Made by a program: the position numbers and the translations under genes. Below, piece by piece: positions 1-10,380 of a stretch of 64,000 nucleotides of DNA; position 1 is the first letter of the stretch, and every line of letters begins with the position of its first letter. The DNA comes from Candidatus Nanohalarchaeota archaeon (GTDB taxonomy: Archaea > Nanohalarchaeota > Nanosalinia > Nanosalinales > Nanosalinaceae): positions 192,001 through 256,000 of the forward strand of contig JALDAJ010000001.1 in assembly GCA_022729235.1 (NCBI GenBank), read 5' to 3'. The notes beneath the pieces were generated by a model, which did no database searches, was not told the DNA's origin, and saw only the letters and a program-made list of their open reading frames with translations.

Positions 1-489
1 CTCAGGACTGCAAGAGACAACCTTGACCAGCGTAACATCGTCTCACAGGCACTTTTCGACGACCTGCTTGACCGCGCCAGGAAGGTCACGTCGGAAAGTA
101 TAATCCCTAACAAGAAGATAATACAGAAGATAATCGTGGTCGGGATACTAAGCTTTCTCACTGTTTTCTCCGGTATCACCGGCTTCCAGATACAGGAAGA
201 CGGCGTCGAACTCCTACCCAGCGTTGAAAGATTTGAAGAATACATAGGAGGCGGTGAGGACGAGTTCCAGTTCAGGAATACAACACAGATCTACGGAGAC
301 GCAGAAGATGTAGACGCAGCGGATATGGATATAGACTTCAACATAACCGGTGAAGGAGAACGGCTGGAGGACGAAGGGATGGCAAGCCCTGAACCCGAGG
401 ACATGACTCTAGACGTCACGGGAGACTCCATTGACGAAGACCTCGAACTCGCAAAGGAATACAGCCTGGCAATAAGAGAAATGCGATAG
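1..489 (+). CDS. Membrane-anchored acidic hypothetical protein of a MoxR/vWA cluster, 5' end outside the window
   Basis: Frame 1 is open from base 1 (LRTARDNLDQRNIVSQALF...) through one hydrophobic segment to TAG at 487-489; lies directly upstream of MoxR. Confidence 0.7.
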   Translation, partial: LRTARDNLDQRNIVSQALFDDLLDRARKVTSESIIPNKKIIQKIIVVGILSFLTVFSGITGFQIQEDGVELLPSVERFEEYIGGGEDEFQFRNTTQIYGDAEDVDAADMDIDFNITGEGERLEDEGMASPEPEDMTLDVTGDSIDEDLELAKEYSLAIREMR

Positions 490-521
490 GTTAAAATGGG
501 ACTTTCACAAAGTAGATACAT

Positions 522-1499
522 ATGAAAATACAGGGCATGGACAAGGCAACGGACGATGCCGGAAACTACGGGAAGATAAACCAGAAACTGGCCCAAGCCC
601 AGGAAGAAGTCAAGAAGGTTATAGTAGGCCAGGAAGAGGTCTTAGAAAAACTCCTTATATCTATCATGTGCGACGGGAACATCCTGGTAGAATCATACCC
701 CGGGCTCGGAAAGACCAAAATGATACGTACCCTTTCCAGCGTTCTAGGACTGGATTTCTCACGGATACAGAACACGCCCGACCTGATGCCCTCGGACATA
801 ACCGGGACACACATAATCGATGAAACCGGCGGGGAAACCGATTTCGTCTTCCAGAAAGGACCTATATTCGCGAACATGATTCTCGCAGACGAGATTAATA
901 GGGCAACACCGAAGACCCAGGCTGCACTGCTCGAGGCAATGGAGGAGAAACAGGTCACCGCCGGAAACAAAAGCTACCAACTAGAAAAACCGTTCTTCCT
1001 CATGGCAACCCAGAACCCTATCGACCAGGAAGGAACCTACCCGTTACCAGAGGCGCAGAGCGACCGGTTTATAATGAAGATAAAGGTTGACTATCCCTCA
1101 GAGAACGAGGAAAACGAAATCGTTAACAGGTTCACATCAGAACTCAACTACGAACCAGAACTGGAAACAGTGCTATCGAAAGGTTCAGTGGTTAAAATAC
1201 AGGAGTTCGTCCGACAGGTACCTATCGCGGACGACATCAGGGAGAGGGCGGTCAGGATGGTGAAAAGAACACGTAACCACGAAGACCTGGACTGGGGTGC
1301 CTCACCGAGAGCATCGCTAAGCCTCGTAACGACCGCAAAGGCACGGGCGCTGATACAGGGAAGGAACCACGTGTCAGAGGATGATATCGAAAACATGGCT
1401 CTCCCTGTTCTCCGGCACAGGATAGGACTCAACTTCCAGGCAGAGAAGAAAGGAAAAACGGCTGAGGATGTGGTAGAGGAGATAGTGGACCAGACATAG
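522..1499 (+). CDS. moxR: MoxR-family AAA+ ATPase
   Basis: Walker A-like SYPGLGKT, RIQNTPDLMPSDITG, LADEINRATPKTQAALLEAMEE, ATQNP.DQEGTYPLPEAQ.DRF. Confidence 0.95.
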   Translation: MKIQGMDKATDDAGNYGKINQKLAQAQEEVKKVIVGQEEVLEKLLISIMCDGNILVESYPGLGKTKMIRTLSSVLGLDFSRIQNTPDLMPSDITGTHIIDETGGETDFVFQKGPIFANMILADEINRATPKTQAALLEAMEEKQVTAGNKSYQLEKPFFLMATQNPIDQEGTYPLPEAQSDRFIMKIKVDYPSENEENEIVNRFTSELNYEPELETVLSKGSVVKIQEFVRQVPIADDIRERAVRMVKRTRNHEDLDWGASPRASLSLVTTAKARALIQGRNHVSEDDIENMALPVLRHRIGLNFQAEKKGKTAEDVVEEIVDQT

Positions 1500-1503
1500 G
1501 ACG

Positions 1504-2361
1504 ATGATAGAGCTTGACTTTCTCGACGAACTCGACAGATTTCAGCTGGCACTGAAAAAGAACTCCACAGAGCTGCAGCAGGGAGAACAAACATCAGCGT
1601 CGATGGGGCAGGGAATGGTTTTCGAGGACCACAAAAAATACGTCCCAGGAGACGATATCAGGAGGATGGACTGGAACGTCTACGCAAGGACCGAGGAACT
1701 CTTCATCAAGCGCTTCCAGGAAGAGAAAAGTGTTACAGTCCACGTACTAGTAGACCGTTCCTCATCGATGGACTATGGTCGCGTAAACAAGTACGAGTTC
1801 GCCTCAAAGATAGGGCTTGCGATCGCATACATGGTTTCCAATACCAACGACCGGTTCCGGTTCTCAGTATTCTCCGAAACAGTTACAGACATCTCATCCG
1901 CGAGAAGAAACGCTAACATGGGAGAAATCGTCGACACTATGAACGGTTTAAGACACACTCCTGAAAGCTTGATCGGGCGGTGCCTTACAGAATACTCAAA
2001 CCGGATACACAACAAGTCCACGATAGTCGTCCTCAGCGACTTCTTAACTGACATAGAGCAGATAGAAGAAGGAGTAGAACGCTTGAGAGGTGTTGACACG
2101 GTACTCGTTAACACTCTTGACGCCACAGAACTCGACCCGGACTTCGACGGTGACGCAATTTTAAAGGATCCCGAGAGCGATTCCCGGCTAAGAACCTATC
2201 TTTCCCGAAAGACAAAACAGGATTACCAGGACCGGTTAATGCAGCATACCTCACAGATAGAAGAGATAGCAGACAAGAACAACGCGCACTACCTACAGCT
2301 TTCAACAAACGAGGACCTCTTCAACGCATTCCTGAGAGTCTGGCGACAGCTTAACCGGTGA
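1504..2361 (+). CDS. DUF58 (vWA-like) MoxR partner protein
   Basis: FEDHKKYVPGDDIRRMDWNVYAR motif, VDRSSSM, VVLSDF; follows moxR. Confidence 0.9.
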   Translation: MIELDFLDELDRFQLALKKNSTELQQGEQTSASMGQGMVFEDHKKYVPGDDIRRMDWNVYARTEELFIKRFQEEKSVTVHVLVDRSSSMDYGRVNKYEFASKIGLAIAYMVSNTNDRFRFSVFSETVTDISSARRNANMGEIVDTMNGLRHTPESLIGRCLTEYSNRIHNKSTIVVLSDFLTDIEQIEEGVERLRGVDTVLVNTLDATELDPDFDGDAILKDPESDSRLRTYLSRKTKQDYQDRLMQHTSQIEEIADKNNAHYLQLSTNEDLFNAFLRVWRQLNR

Positions 2362-2400
2362 ACCTCTCTTACTAAAGAATTGCCATCAGAGAATCTTGTC

Positions 2401-3135
2401 ATGGAAATCTTAGGCTTTGAAACCATTGACTCACTGCCCCTACTGTACCGCCCGGAGCTGGACATGATAATCATCAGCGACCTGCATCTCGGGCTGGAGG
2501 GCTCAGTGACTTATGAAGGCGGATACGTTCCGCAGTTCCAGCTGGAAGGACTGATAGAAGACCTCGAACTCGCGAAAGAGGAGACCAACGCCTCAAGAAT
2601 CCTTGTCAATGGCGACCTGAAACACGAGTTCTCCACCACTCGGTACAGCGAGCAGAAAGAAATCGAGAAATTCCTGGGCTTCCTCAGCGATAGTTTTGAA
2701 GAAGTTATAGTCATCCAAGGCAACCACGACACTTTTCTCGAAAATCTCGTGGAAGACGTCGGCGAGTTCAAGGATCACCACCTGGAATCAGGCATCCTGT
2801 TCGTCCACGGGCACCAGGAATTTGACGATATAGAGGCAGAAGATTACGAAACCCTGGTTATCGGACACGAGCATCCCGCACTCGTGCTGAAAGACGAAAT
2901 CGGAGTAAAGGAGAAGGTGGACTGCTTCCTCTACGGCAAAATGCGGAACGGGAAAAATATCGTCGTGATGCCTGCATTTTCGAAAATATCCGGCGGCTCC
3001 AAGGTAAACCAGGTGCCTTCCAGCGAACTCCTGTCACCCGTGCTGAGAAACCAGGCCGATACCGGCGGTCTGAAGGCGGTCGCGGTCTCCAGAGAGGCAG
3101 GTCTCTTCGAATTCCCGGAACTTAATCGGATCTAG
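2401..3135 (+). CDS. Calcineurin-like metallophosphoesterase
   Basis: SDLHLG, NGDLKH, GNHD, HGH, GHEHP, MPAFS motifs. Confidence 0.9.
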   Translation: MEILGFETIDSLPLLYRPELDMIIISDLHLGLEGSVTYEGGYVPQFQLEGLIEDLELAKEETNASRILVNGDLKHEFSTTRYSEQKEIEKFLGFLSDSFEEVIVIQGNHDTFLENLVEDVGEFKDHHLESGILFVHGHQEFDDIEAEDYETLVIGHEHPALVLKDEIGVKEKVDCFLYGKMRNGKNIVVMPAFSKISGGSKVNQVPSSELLSPVLRNQADTGGLKAVAVSREAGLFEFPELNRI

Positions 3136-4304
3136 TTCTGCAGGCTGTGGGCAGCCACCAGGAATATAACCGCGGATATCCCTGCGGCAACTATGAAGCT
3201 AGCGTTCAGGCTCCATACCGAGGCGACTGTGCCCGCCATGAAGGGTCCCAGCGCCTGCCCCGAGTGCTTGAAAAGCTCCAGGAAGCCCACCATCTCGCTC
3301 TCAACAGCCTCCGGCACGTTCCTGTCAAAGACTGAGTGGAGTACCGGGGTAAACCCCGAAATCAGTGTCATCGCCACCAGGTAAAACCCGGCGAGGATGT
3401 ACAGCTCTCCGACTATACCCATCACGAAAAGGACTGGTGTCACCAGGAGCGCCAGCACAACCGTTACTTTCAGCTGTCCTACCCTGTCGCCGAGGTCGCC
3501 AAACACGAACTGGAACGTCCTCGGTAACGCAGCGGCTCCAAAGACAAGTCCCATAGTGACGAAGTCCGCACCCATTCTTTCCAGCATCAGCGGTATAGCG
3601 AGCCAGAAGAAGGAGAAAACTATCGAGTGCAGGAATATCAGGGCTATAGGCAGCTTTACGCCGCTCCAGTTCTCTTTCAGGTGCCGGATATCGTTGGAGT
3701 AAGTATTTCTCTCGAACAGGTCGTTCATGGAGTCGAAGAACCCTCTTTTACCTTCAAGACCGATGTAGACGTAGAAAACCAGTAGTGTAAGCATTGAACC
3801 TCCCAGCCAGATAAGTATCGGTAGCTGGAAACCGTGACTCATAATCAGGTAACCGCCTATAACCGGTCCCATAACCGCGGCGAGCTGTAGACCAAGAAGA
3901 AATACCGAGAGCGCCTCGGATTCGTAGTCCTCGTCCGCCGATTTCATAGAGACGCTCCATGATCCGCTCCAGACAAGAGATTTCATAACACCTTCACAAA
4001 CCTTCGCGGCACCTAGAAGCACCGGGACTGCCGTAAGGTAAAGTATAGATGGCAGGACACCGACAACAAAACCTGCAAATATCACTACCCTCTCACCTGA
4101 CCGCTGGACAAGGTTCCCAACAGGGATGTCTATCAGGACGGGTACGAAAGCGAAGAGCGAGGTAAGAACTCCTACCCAGAAAACGCTCATGTGCTGCTCG
4201 AAGTAAATCGGTAGAAAGTTCCAGACTGTATAAGCAGTAATCCAGTAAAGGAAGAACACTACTGACAGGTACTTTGCTATCTCCGGTATCCTGTCAAACT
4301 TCAT
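3132..4304 (-). CDS. MFS transporter
   Basis: About 12 hydrophobic segments, G.L.DR.G motif (GDLGDRVGQ), GPVIGG. Confidence 0.9.
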   Translation of the reverse strand: MKFDRIPEIAKYLSVVFFLYWITAYTVWNFLPIYFEQHMSVFWVGVLTSLFAFVPVLIDIPVGNLVQRSGERVVIFAGFVVGVLPSILYLTAVPVLLGAAKVCEGVMKSLVWSGSWSVSMKSADEDYESEALSVFLLGLQLAAVMGPVIGGYLIMSHGFQLPILIWLGGSMLTLLVFYVYIGLEGKRGFFDSMNDLFERNTYSNDIRHLKENWSGVKLPIALIFLHSIVFSFFWLAIPLMLERMGADFVTMGLVFGAAALPRTFQFVFGDLGDRVGQLKVTVVLALLVTPVLFVMGIVGELYILAGFYLVAMTLISGFTPVLHSVFDRNVPEAVESEMVGFLELFKHSGQALGPFMAGTVASVWSLNASFIVAAGISAVIFLVAAHSLQN

Positions 4305-4353
4305 CGAACTTCTGTAAATCTTTGATAAATCGCCGCGTTAAAAAGGTCTCGAT

Positions 4354-4572
4354 TCAGTGAGTGATGAACGGATCATCTTCCGATTCCTCTTCTTCCTGTT
4401 CTTCTTCCCGCTCTTTCTGACGCTGTATGAACTCCTTTTTCGCCTCTTCCTTCAGCTCCTGGTAGCGCTTCTCCGCCTTGTCCTGGTTCGTCCCTGCTTC
4501 CTCCTTCTTCAACTCCTGGTACCGGGTCTCGGAGTCCTCCTCGCTGTCGTCACTGTTGAACAGGTCAGTCAC
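4354..4572 (-). CDS. Small acidic coiled-coil hypothetical protein (GTG start)
   Basis: GTG overlapping the end of the upstream ORF; internal repeat E.RYQELK.E twice. Confidence 0.6.
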   Translation of the reverse strand: MTDLFNSDDSEEDSETRYQELKKEEAGTNQDKAEKRYQELKEEAKKEFIQRQKEREEEQEEEESEDDPFITH

Positions 4573-4789
4573 GTCTATCCCTCCCGACAAAAGGCAGGTA
4601 TCTTTCAAGCACGAAAAGCTTTCCTATCGTCTTCGACGTTTTCTCGATGGATTCAGCAGATCGCTCAACCGAACGGATGGTTCTATCAAGATTTCTCAGG
4701 ATAAATATCAGATAGACGAATACTCCTAGAAAAACCAGTTTGATGGCAGCGTCCAGCGCCAGATTCAACGTCGCAAGATCTACGGGCAT
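4565..4789 (-). CDS. Small membrane protein with coiled-coil
   Basis: N-terminal TM helix followed by heptads (LDRTIRSVERSAESIE). Confidence 0.65.
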   Translation of the reverse strand: MPVDLATLNLALDAAIKLVFLGVFVYLIFILRNLDRTIRSVERSAESIEKTSKTIGKLFVLERYLPFVGRDRRD

Positions 4790-4879
4790 ATACAGACTTT
4801 ATAGTCCTCGATTATTATATTCTTGGCTACTTCGAGAAAGTCTTAAAAGCCTGTGAACGGAAATTTCAGGTGTGATAAC

Positions 4880-5221
4880 ATGGTAGAAGTCCCAGAAGAC
4901 ACAAACGTTGCAGATCTTCCTTTCACACACGCCAGGATTAAAAGAATGATAAGAGACAAGGCGTCAGACGGCCAATACGTGCGCTCAAACGTATACTATG
5001 GCCTTAACCTTCTCCTAGGCGAAATCGCGGAAGAAATCATCGACAACATGATGGACACAGAAGCCGCATACGTCGAGAAACATCACCTTGATCACGCAGC
5101 CAGGAAATACGAGAAGGTCGAGAACATCATCCAGGAGAAAGAGAGGGTCTCCCGGAAACTTGACGCGCTAGCGTCAGACATCGAGCGGCTTTCACGCGAG
5201 GTCGAACAGGCCGACCACTAG
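4880..5221 (+). CDS. Histone-fold protein with C-terminal coiled coil
   Basis: LPFTHARIKRMIR...VRSNVYYGLNLLLGEIAEEII...YVEKHHL resembles the archaeal histone fold, followed by a heptad tail; GGTG SD-like site upstream. Confidence 0.7.
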   Translation: MVEVPEDTNVADLPFTHARIKRMIRDKASDGQYVRSNVYYGLNLLLGEIAEEIIDNMMDTEAAYVEKHHLDHAARKYEKVENIIQEKERVSRKLDALASDIERLSREVEQADH

Positions 5222-5282
5222 ACCATTTCCTCCATCCCTTTTCTTTCTATCTCTATCTGGGACACCGACCCTTTTTGAATCT

Positions 5283-5297
5283 TATAACATTGTTATA
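5283..5297. promoter_or_regulatory. Perfect palindrome TATAACA-T-TGTTATA, candidate autoregulatory operator
   Basis: 7-bp inverted repeat between a T-rich TATA-like box and the ATG of an HTH gene. Confidence 0.5.
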
Positions 5298-5302
5298 CTC
5301 TG

Positions 5303-5644
5303 ATGCGTTTCGAAGCCGAGGTCATAACCGAGGAAATCCTCCCTGCGATAAGGAGTATCATCGCCACTAGACTTCACCAGGAGTACGGTCTGACACAGGA
5401 GGAAATAGCCAACAGGCTCGAAGTCACACAGCCCGCTGTATCTCAATATTTAAGCCAGTCGCGCGCCGACCAGGACGTGGTAGAGAAATTGAGAGATGAC
5501 CCGCAGGTAGACATCATGCTGGACGATGCCTCGGGTAACGCCGCGAAGGGTAAAGAGTTCTCAGGAAATGTCTCGCAGGTAATCGAAACCGTGCGTGACA
5601 AGGGACTGCTCAAAGAGAAGTTTCAGGACACCAAGAAACTCTAG
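5303..5644 (+). CDS. HTH transcriptional regulator (archaeal XRE-like)
   Basis: ILPAIRSIIA..L...GLTQEEIANRLEVTQPAVSQYL. Confidence 0.85.
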   Translation: MRFEAEVITEEILPAIRSIIATRLHQEYGLTQEEIANRLEVTQPAVSQYLSQSRADQDVVEKLRDDPQVDIMLDDASGNAAKGKEFSGNVSQVIETVRDKGLLKEKFQDTKKL

Positions 5645-7698
5645 TTCTCGAAGCCGTCCCACTCGAATTCTTCTGCCTCTTCTTCAGCCCTATCCACTAG
5701 ACCTTTCAGCCTATCCTCGATATCTTCGATAATCCCTGTATCTATGTCATATCCTTCAAGGAGCTCTCCCGTATCATAGTCTTCACTTCTGTAGAGGAAA
5801 CCTCCTACGCCCGCTATAACAAGCAGGGTTAATCCGCCTCCAACCATAAGAAACGTGTTCCTGCGGTCTATCCTGTGCTCTCTTTCAATATCCTCAAGAG
5901 CGTCACTAGCCTTCTGGTAATCCTCTTCTATATTTTCAAGGTAGTCAGAGATTTTATAGTACTCCCCATCTTCCTTTGCATCTCTTGCCCCATCTATCCT
6001 GTTCCTGAAGTCAGAGGTCTCTGATTCCAGTCTCTCCATCCTCTCACCGGATAGCACGCCTTCAAGCCGCGTTATATTTTGCTCTAGAAGTTCGAACCTG
6101 TCCTCGTACCCGGACAGATCAGACTCAAGCCGTTCTTCCTGGTCTCCCGTAGCCCTGACCGCAAGAGTTGTCTCCTCCGATACAAGGTCTCCGGCAGAAA
6201 TCACCAGGTCATAACCCCCGACATCAGCTTCATCAGTCGGTACAGTGAACATGGCTGTTGTCGAGTTGCCAGGTCTGAGTTCATCAATCGTATAAGTATC
6301 GGAGAAAAGTTCGTCAGCAGAGGCAGATATATCAGTTCCGGGAATGAAAACATCACCAGTATTCTCCACCGTTACGCTGAAAGTCGTTGATTCCCCTGCC
6401 TCTACCGAGACGTTTTCAGGGGTTGAAAAGCTGAGGTCAGGATCTGCGTCCGGGTCATAAGTGAACTCACTAGTCTCTGCTTCACTCCACCAGCCTGCAT
6501 TATCCCGGAATCTGACGTAAAGCGTGTGTTCTCCAGCATCGAGACCGGCTACCGAAGCAGTGAACTCGTCCGTGGTATCATTTATTTCAACCGGGGCGCC
6601 ATCACCGGTATCAAGACCATCATCGTTGTAGAAGTATTCCAGCTCATCCAGTCCTGAAGCATCAAATGCATCGAACTCGACAGGGAAGTTATCATTGACC
6701 AGTCCGGAGGGCATCTCAAGAGAAACTACTGTCGGCGGACTCGCGTCAAAGACAAACTCGAAAAATCCTTCCTCCTCACAGTTACCCGCCATGTCACAGA
6801 CCTCAACAGTCAGGTTTACCTCTTGATCAGTGTAGTCGTCATCTATTTCGCAGCTGGTCGTAGTATCAGTTATACCTTCCACGCTATCAATAGTATCTCC
6901 ATCCTCATCCTGGCATTCCAGGTTAACGCCTTCATCCTCACTGTTATCCGCGATTTCTATCGTAAGACTGTCACCATCCTCCCATTTATGGATTCCAGGG
7001 GACGGGGTGAAACTTGGGTCAACCTCGAAGTCAATCGTGGTATCGACCGTGAACTCCCATGTTTCAGAATCACTGTTATAACCTTCATCAAAGGCTGTAG
7101 CTTCGATAGTATACTCTCCGTCATCAAGCCCATCTCCAAGTTCTATAGTACAGGTTTCTGAATCGGAATCCGCGTCGATGCAGTCTTTCTCATCGATTTC
7201 ATCACCGTCACCGTCCTCGATAGATACCGTGATATTCTCTATATTCGACGTCTCATCGGTAGCCTCGACCTCTATTTCGGGTTCATCATCATTGGTGAAT
7301 TCATCCGGTCTCTCGAGAGAAAGCTCCGGGTTATTGTTATCTACCGTGACTTCTATTATCTCCCAGTCCTCCTCACTTTCTGTCTCGTTAGCCCTGAGTT
7401 CGTAAGTCCCTGTACCTGCATCCGACAGATCCCAGTCATAGACCCAGTCGTTATCATCTTCAGACTCGAAATCATACAGTTCGCCCCATTCGTCATCGGA
7501 GTCTTCCCGGTAAGAAAACGCGACAGGACCTGAGTCACTATTCACCGTTAGTGGGTACTCCTCCGCCATCGCATCAGATATAACACCCTCGTCCTCTGGA
7601 TCAACCCATTCAAGCGCTACCGCGGCTCCGACAAGCAGTGCTGTAGCAGAAACCAGTACTGTTAATTTGGAGACCGGGTTTTTGGTGGCGGAGAACAC
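5641..7698 (-). CDS. Large acidic cell-surface protein (signal peptide, Ig-like/CARDB-like repeats, coiled coil, C-terminal TM anchor)
   Basis: Hydrophobic N-terminus, Ig-like motifs (DGEYTIEATAFDEGYN, GEHTLYVRFRDNAG, VTVENTGD), many N-x-S/T sequons, TM near C-terminus. Confidence 0.8.
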   Translation of the reverse strand: MFSATKNPVSKLTVLVSATALLVGAAVALEWVDPEDEGVISDAMAEEYPLTVNSDSGPVAFSYREDSDDEWGELYDFESEDDNDWVYDWDLSDAGTGTYELRANETESEEDWEIIEVTVDNNNPELSLERPDEFTNDDEPEIEVEATDETSNIENITVSIEDGDGDEIDEKDCIDADSDSETCTIELGDGLDDGEYTIEATAFDEGYNSDSETWEFTVDTTIDFEVDPSFTPSPGIHKWEDGDSLTIEIADNSEDEGVNLECQDEDGDTIDSVEGITDTTTSCEIDDDYTDQEVNLTVEVCDMAGNCEEEGFFEFVFDASPPTVVSLEMPSGLVNDNFPVEFDAFDASGLDELEYFYNDDGLDTGDGAPVEINDTTDEFTASVAGLDAGEHTLYVRFRDNAGWWSEAETSEFTYDPDADPDLSFSTPENVSVEAGESTTFSVTVENTGDVFIPGTDISASADELFSDTYTIDELRPGNSTTAMFTVPTDEADVGGYDLVISAGDLVSEETTLAVRATGDQEERLESDLSGYEDRFELLEQNITRLEGVLSGERMERLESETSDFRNRIDGARDAKEDGEYYKISDYLENIEEDYQKASDALEDIEREHRIDRRNTFLMVGGGLTLLVIAGVGGFLYRSEDYDTGELLEGYDIDTGIIEDIEDRLKGLVDRAEEEAEEFEWDGFEN

Positions 7699-7747
7699 TG
7701 TTAGACGTTTCCTCTCATACGTTTAAGTAATATTTGTCGTCAAGGCA

Positions 7748-8407
7748 CTACTGTCCCTGGAAGAAGTTGTCAAGCTCCTGCTTCTGCTCTGCTGAACCAA
7801 CTAGCAGGAGCTGGTCCTCCTCATCTATACGGATGTTGAGATCTCCTGTAAGCACCTTGTCCGGCTGTACAACAGCCACGACCTTGAACCTGTCCGGGAA
7901 GCTCCCGTCCTCCTGTATCTCCGTAACCGTTGAACCTATAAGATTAGAATCCTCCTTTATCAGCGCCTTCAGAACCTCGCGGTCGTTCTCAAGGTTGGCG
8001 AGCTTCACCAAGTAAGGGTGTTCCACGGTAGAAAGGAACTCACTGATAAGCAGGTCGGTGTGACCGATTGTCTCCGCACCGATGACCTGGAACGCGTCGT
8101 AGTATTCCTCATCCTCTACGCGGGAAACTACCTTCGGTACACCGTATTTCTTCCCGAGAGAGCATATAACCATGTTCTCATTGTCGTCCTTCGAGGTAGA
8201 AATCAGGACGTCAGCCTCGGTGATACCCGCGTCCTCCAGCGCTGATAGCGTGGAAGGTGACTTGTTGATAACCGTCGCACCGGATGACGAATACATCCTC
8301 TTGCACCTGTCCTCGTCCTCGTCGATTATAACAACATCATGCCTGTCTTCAAGCCTGCCAACGAGCCTGCGGGAGAGAGTGTTTATACCAGCTATAACGA
8401 CGTACAT
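7748..8407 (-). CDS. trkA: Trk K+ uptake system RCK/NAD-binding subunit
   Basis: YVVIAG, LEDAGITEADVLI, RCK-C domain; coupled to trkH. Confidence 0.9.
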   Translation of the reverse strand: MYVVIAGINTLSRRLVGRLEDRHDVVIIDEDEDRCKRMYSSSGATVINKSPSTLSALEDAGITEADVLISTSKDDNENMVICSLGKKYGVPKVVSRVEDEEYYDAFQVIGAETIGHTDLLISEFLSTVEHPYLVKLANLENDREVLKALIKEDSNLIGSTVTEIQEDGSFPDRFKVVAVVQPDKVLTGDLNIRIDEEDQLLLVGSAEQKQELDNFFQGQ

Positions 8408-9843
8408 TACGAAGTATCTTTGAACAGGTCGCTATTAAAGATTGCCAGAAGCGGTAGCATCTCAAGACGTCCAGCAAGCATACCCGCCATCCAGGCTACT
8501 TTGACGAGAGGCGACATCGAGACCATGTCCACACCGTCCATGTAGACCGGACCCATGTTACCTATGGAGGACACACTACCAGAGAGCGCAGCCAAGAAAG
8601 ATACATCTTCGAACGCAACCGTGACTAGCGCAAGCAGAAAAACCGCAGTGGTCCAGACAAAGAAGAGCACCGAGATAGTCCTGACCGTCGAGTTCTCCAG
8701 TATCTCACCATCAACTTTCACCTCGTTTACCGCCGTATCAGGAAGAGAATACGACCTTATACGCGTCCTCATCAGCTCTATCATCGTCTTCACACGGAAA
8801 ACCTTCACACCACCGGAGGTCGAACCTAGAGAACCCCCGCAAAACATGACACCTATGAATAAAACCTGGAGCGCAACCGAAAGACTAGCTAAAGACATCG
8901 TTGAGTAACCTGTCGATGAAATAACCGCGGCGGACTGGAATGCTGAATCCAGCAACGACGAACCAGCACCATTACCATTCCTGAAAAGCTCAATTGCCAT
9001 CAAAGCCGTAATCAACAGGAATATCTTGAGGTACAGCTTGAACTCCGAGTTCTTCCTGAGAGAAGAGATATCCCCTCGGATAACCTTGTAGAGCAGAACG
9101 AAGTTTACACCACCAATAAGCATGAAAACAACTGTAGCAGCCTCAATCGACGTGGACTCGAAGCCAGCTATACTTGACCCCATGGTAGAGAAACCACCTG
9201 TCGAAATAGCTGAGAACGCGTGAATAACCGCGTTAAACGGCGTCATCCCCAGGATTATGTAGGTAGATATTATCACCGCAGTAAGGAAACCGTAAACCTT
9301 CCACAGCGTGAAAATCGACTTTGTCAGAGAAGGTCTTATAGAGCCCGCGTCAGTCTTGTGCGCCTCCGCAGAGAAAAGACGTCGGGAGACACCTCCTGAT
9401 TCACGAAGTACCGCGATGAAGAACGTTAGAACCCCGAGACCTCCCAGCCACTGCATGAAGGAGCGCCAGAAAAGTATCGAGTTAGGGAGTTCTTCGGGCG
9501 CAAGAAACATCGAGATACCTGTCGTTGTAAGACCGGCAGCTGCCTCGAAGAACGCGTCAACCATCCCTAGATATGTGATCAGAGGTATAGCTCCGAAACC
9601 TACCGCGAGAACCCATCCCAGCACCGTTGCGAACATAGCCTCGCTGGTTGTCGGCTCCATCTTCTCGCCCCCCATCTTCACCGCGTAACCAAGCACCATC
9701 GCCGATATAGCTGCGACGACAAAACCTGAAGAGATATACAGTGGCTCAGCGTAGTAGACCGCGATCAGCAGCGGTAGCGCTATCATCACCGAGAACACCT
9801 GCAGGAAGTTCCCTACAAACCGCAGAATCACCGGTGTGCGCAT
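8407..9843 (-). CDS. trkH: Trk K+ uptake membrane subunit
   Basis: Pore motifs GLTTTG, STGGFS, SSTGYS, GSTSGGVK, GNMGP, GRLE. Confidence 0.95.
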   Translation of the reverse strand: MRTPVILRFVGNFLQVFSVMIALPLLIAVYYAEPLYISSGFVVAAISAMVLGYAVKMGGEKMEPTTSEAMFATVLGWVLAVGFGAIPLITYLGMVDAFFEAAAGLTTTGISMFLAPEELPNSILFWRSFMQWLGGLGVLTFFIAVLRESGGVSRRLFSAEAHKTDAGSIRPSLTKSIFTLWKVYGFLTAVIISTYIILGMTPFNAVIHAFSAISTGGFSTMGSSIAGFESTSIEAATVVFMLIGGVNFVLLYKVIRGDISSLRKNSEFKLYLKIFLLITALMAIELFRNGNGAGSSLLDSAFQSAAVISSTGYSTMSLASLSVALQVLFIGVMFCGGSLGSTSGGVKVFRVKTMIELMRTRIRSYSLPDTAVNEVKVDGEILENSTVRTISVLFFVWTTAVFLLALVTVAFEDVSFLAALSGSVSSIGNMGPVYMDGVDMVSMSPLVKVAWMAGMLAGRLEMLPLLAIFNSDLFKDTS

Positions 9844-9949
9844 AGTACCGAGTTACCCGGAACCGGAATAAATAAGCCAGGCTTAGAAGGGATTGAAAAG
9901 GTTTACTTTCCAATCTCAGGATGCTCGGGCAACTGAGCGGTGATACACT

Positions 9950-10324
9950 ATGCAAGTTACAATCGGAACACAGGACGGCGAAACGTTTCAAACCGAAGTA
10001 GACGACGCTTCTCAACTCACAGGAAACAAGATAGGAGACGAGATAGAAGGCGGAATCGTCGGACTCGACGGCTACACCCTCAGAATTACAGGTGGAAGCG
10101 ACAGCGACGGTTTCCCGATGAGAGAAAGCATCGACGGAACCGGCAGAAGACGCGTTCTAATAGGAGAAGGCTCCGGAATCAACGAGGAAGAAGACGGAGT
10201 CAGGAGAAGAAAATCCGTGAGAGGAAACACCATTTCCGAAGACATCCAACAGCTCAACACGCAGGTAGTAGAAGAAGGAAGCAAAAGCGTCGAAGAACTA
10301 CTCGGTGAAGAAGACGAAGAATGA
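9950..10324 (+). CDS. rps6e: 30S ribosomal protein S6e
   Basis: ITGGSDSDGFPM, RRRKSVRGNTI. Confidence 0.95.
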   Translation: MQVTIGTQDGETFQTEVDDASQLTGNKIGDEIEGGIVGLDGYTLRITGGSDSDGFPMRESIDGTGRRRVLIGEGSGINEEEDGVRRRKSVRGNTISEDIQQLNTQVVEEGSKSVEELLGEEDEE

Positions 10325-10380
10325 TTCGAAAATCGGAGATTTTCTACATCACACAGAAACAACGAGGTAGTTTCGAATGA
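10319..10380. repeat. Junction hairpin insertion, GAATGA duplicated at 56-nt offset
   Basis: GAATGA at 10319 and 10375; contains GAAAATC-GGA-GATTTTC hairpin and GAGGT upstream of the new ATG. Confidence 0.7.
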
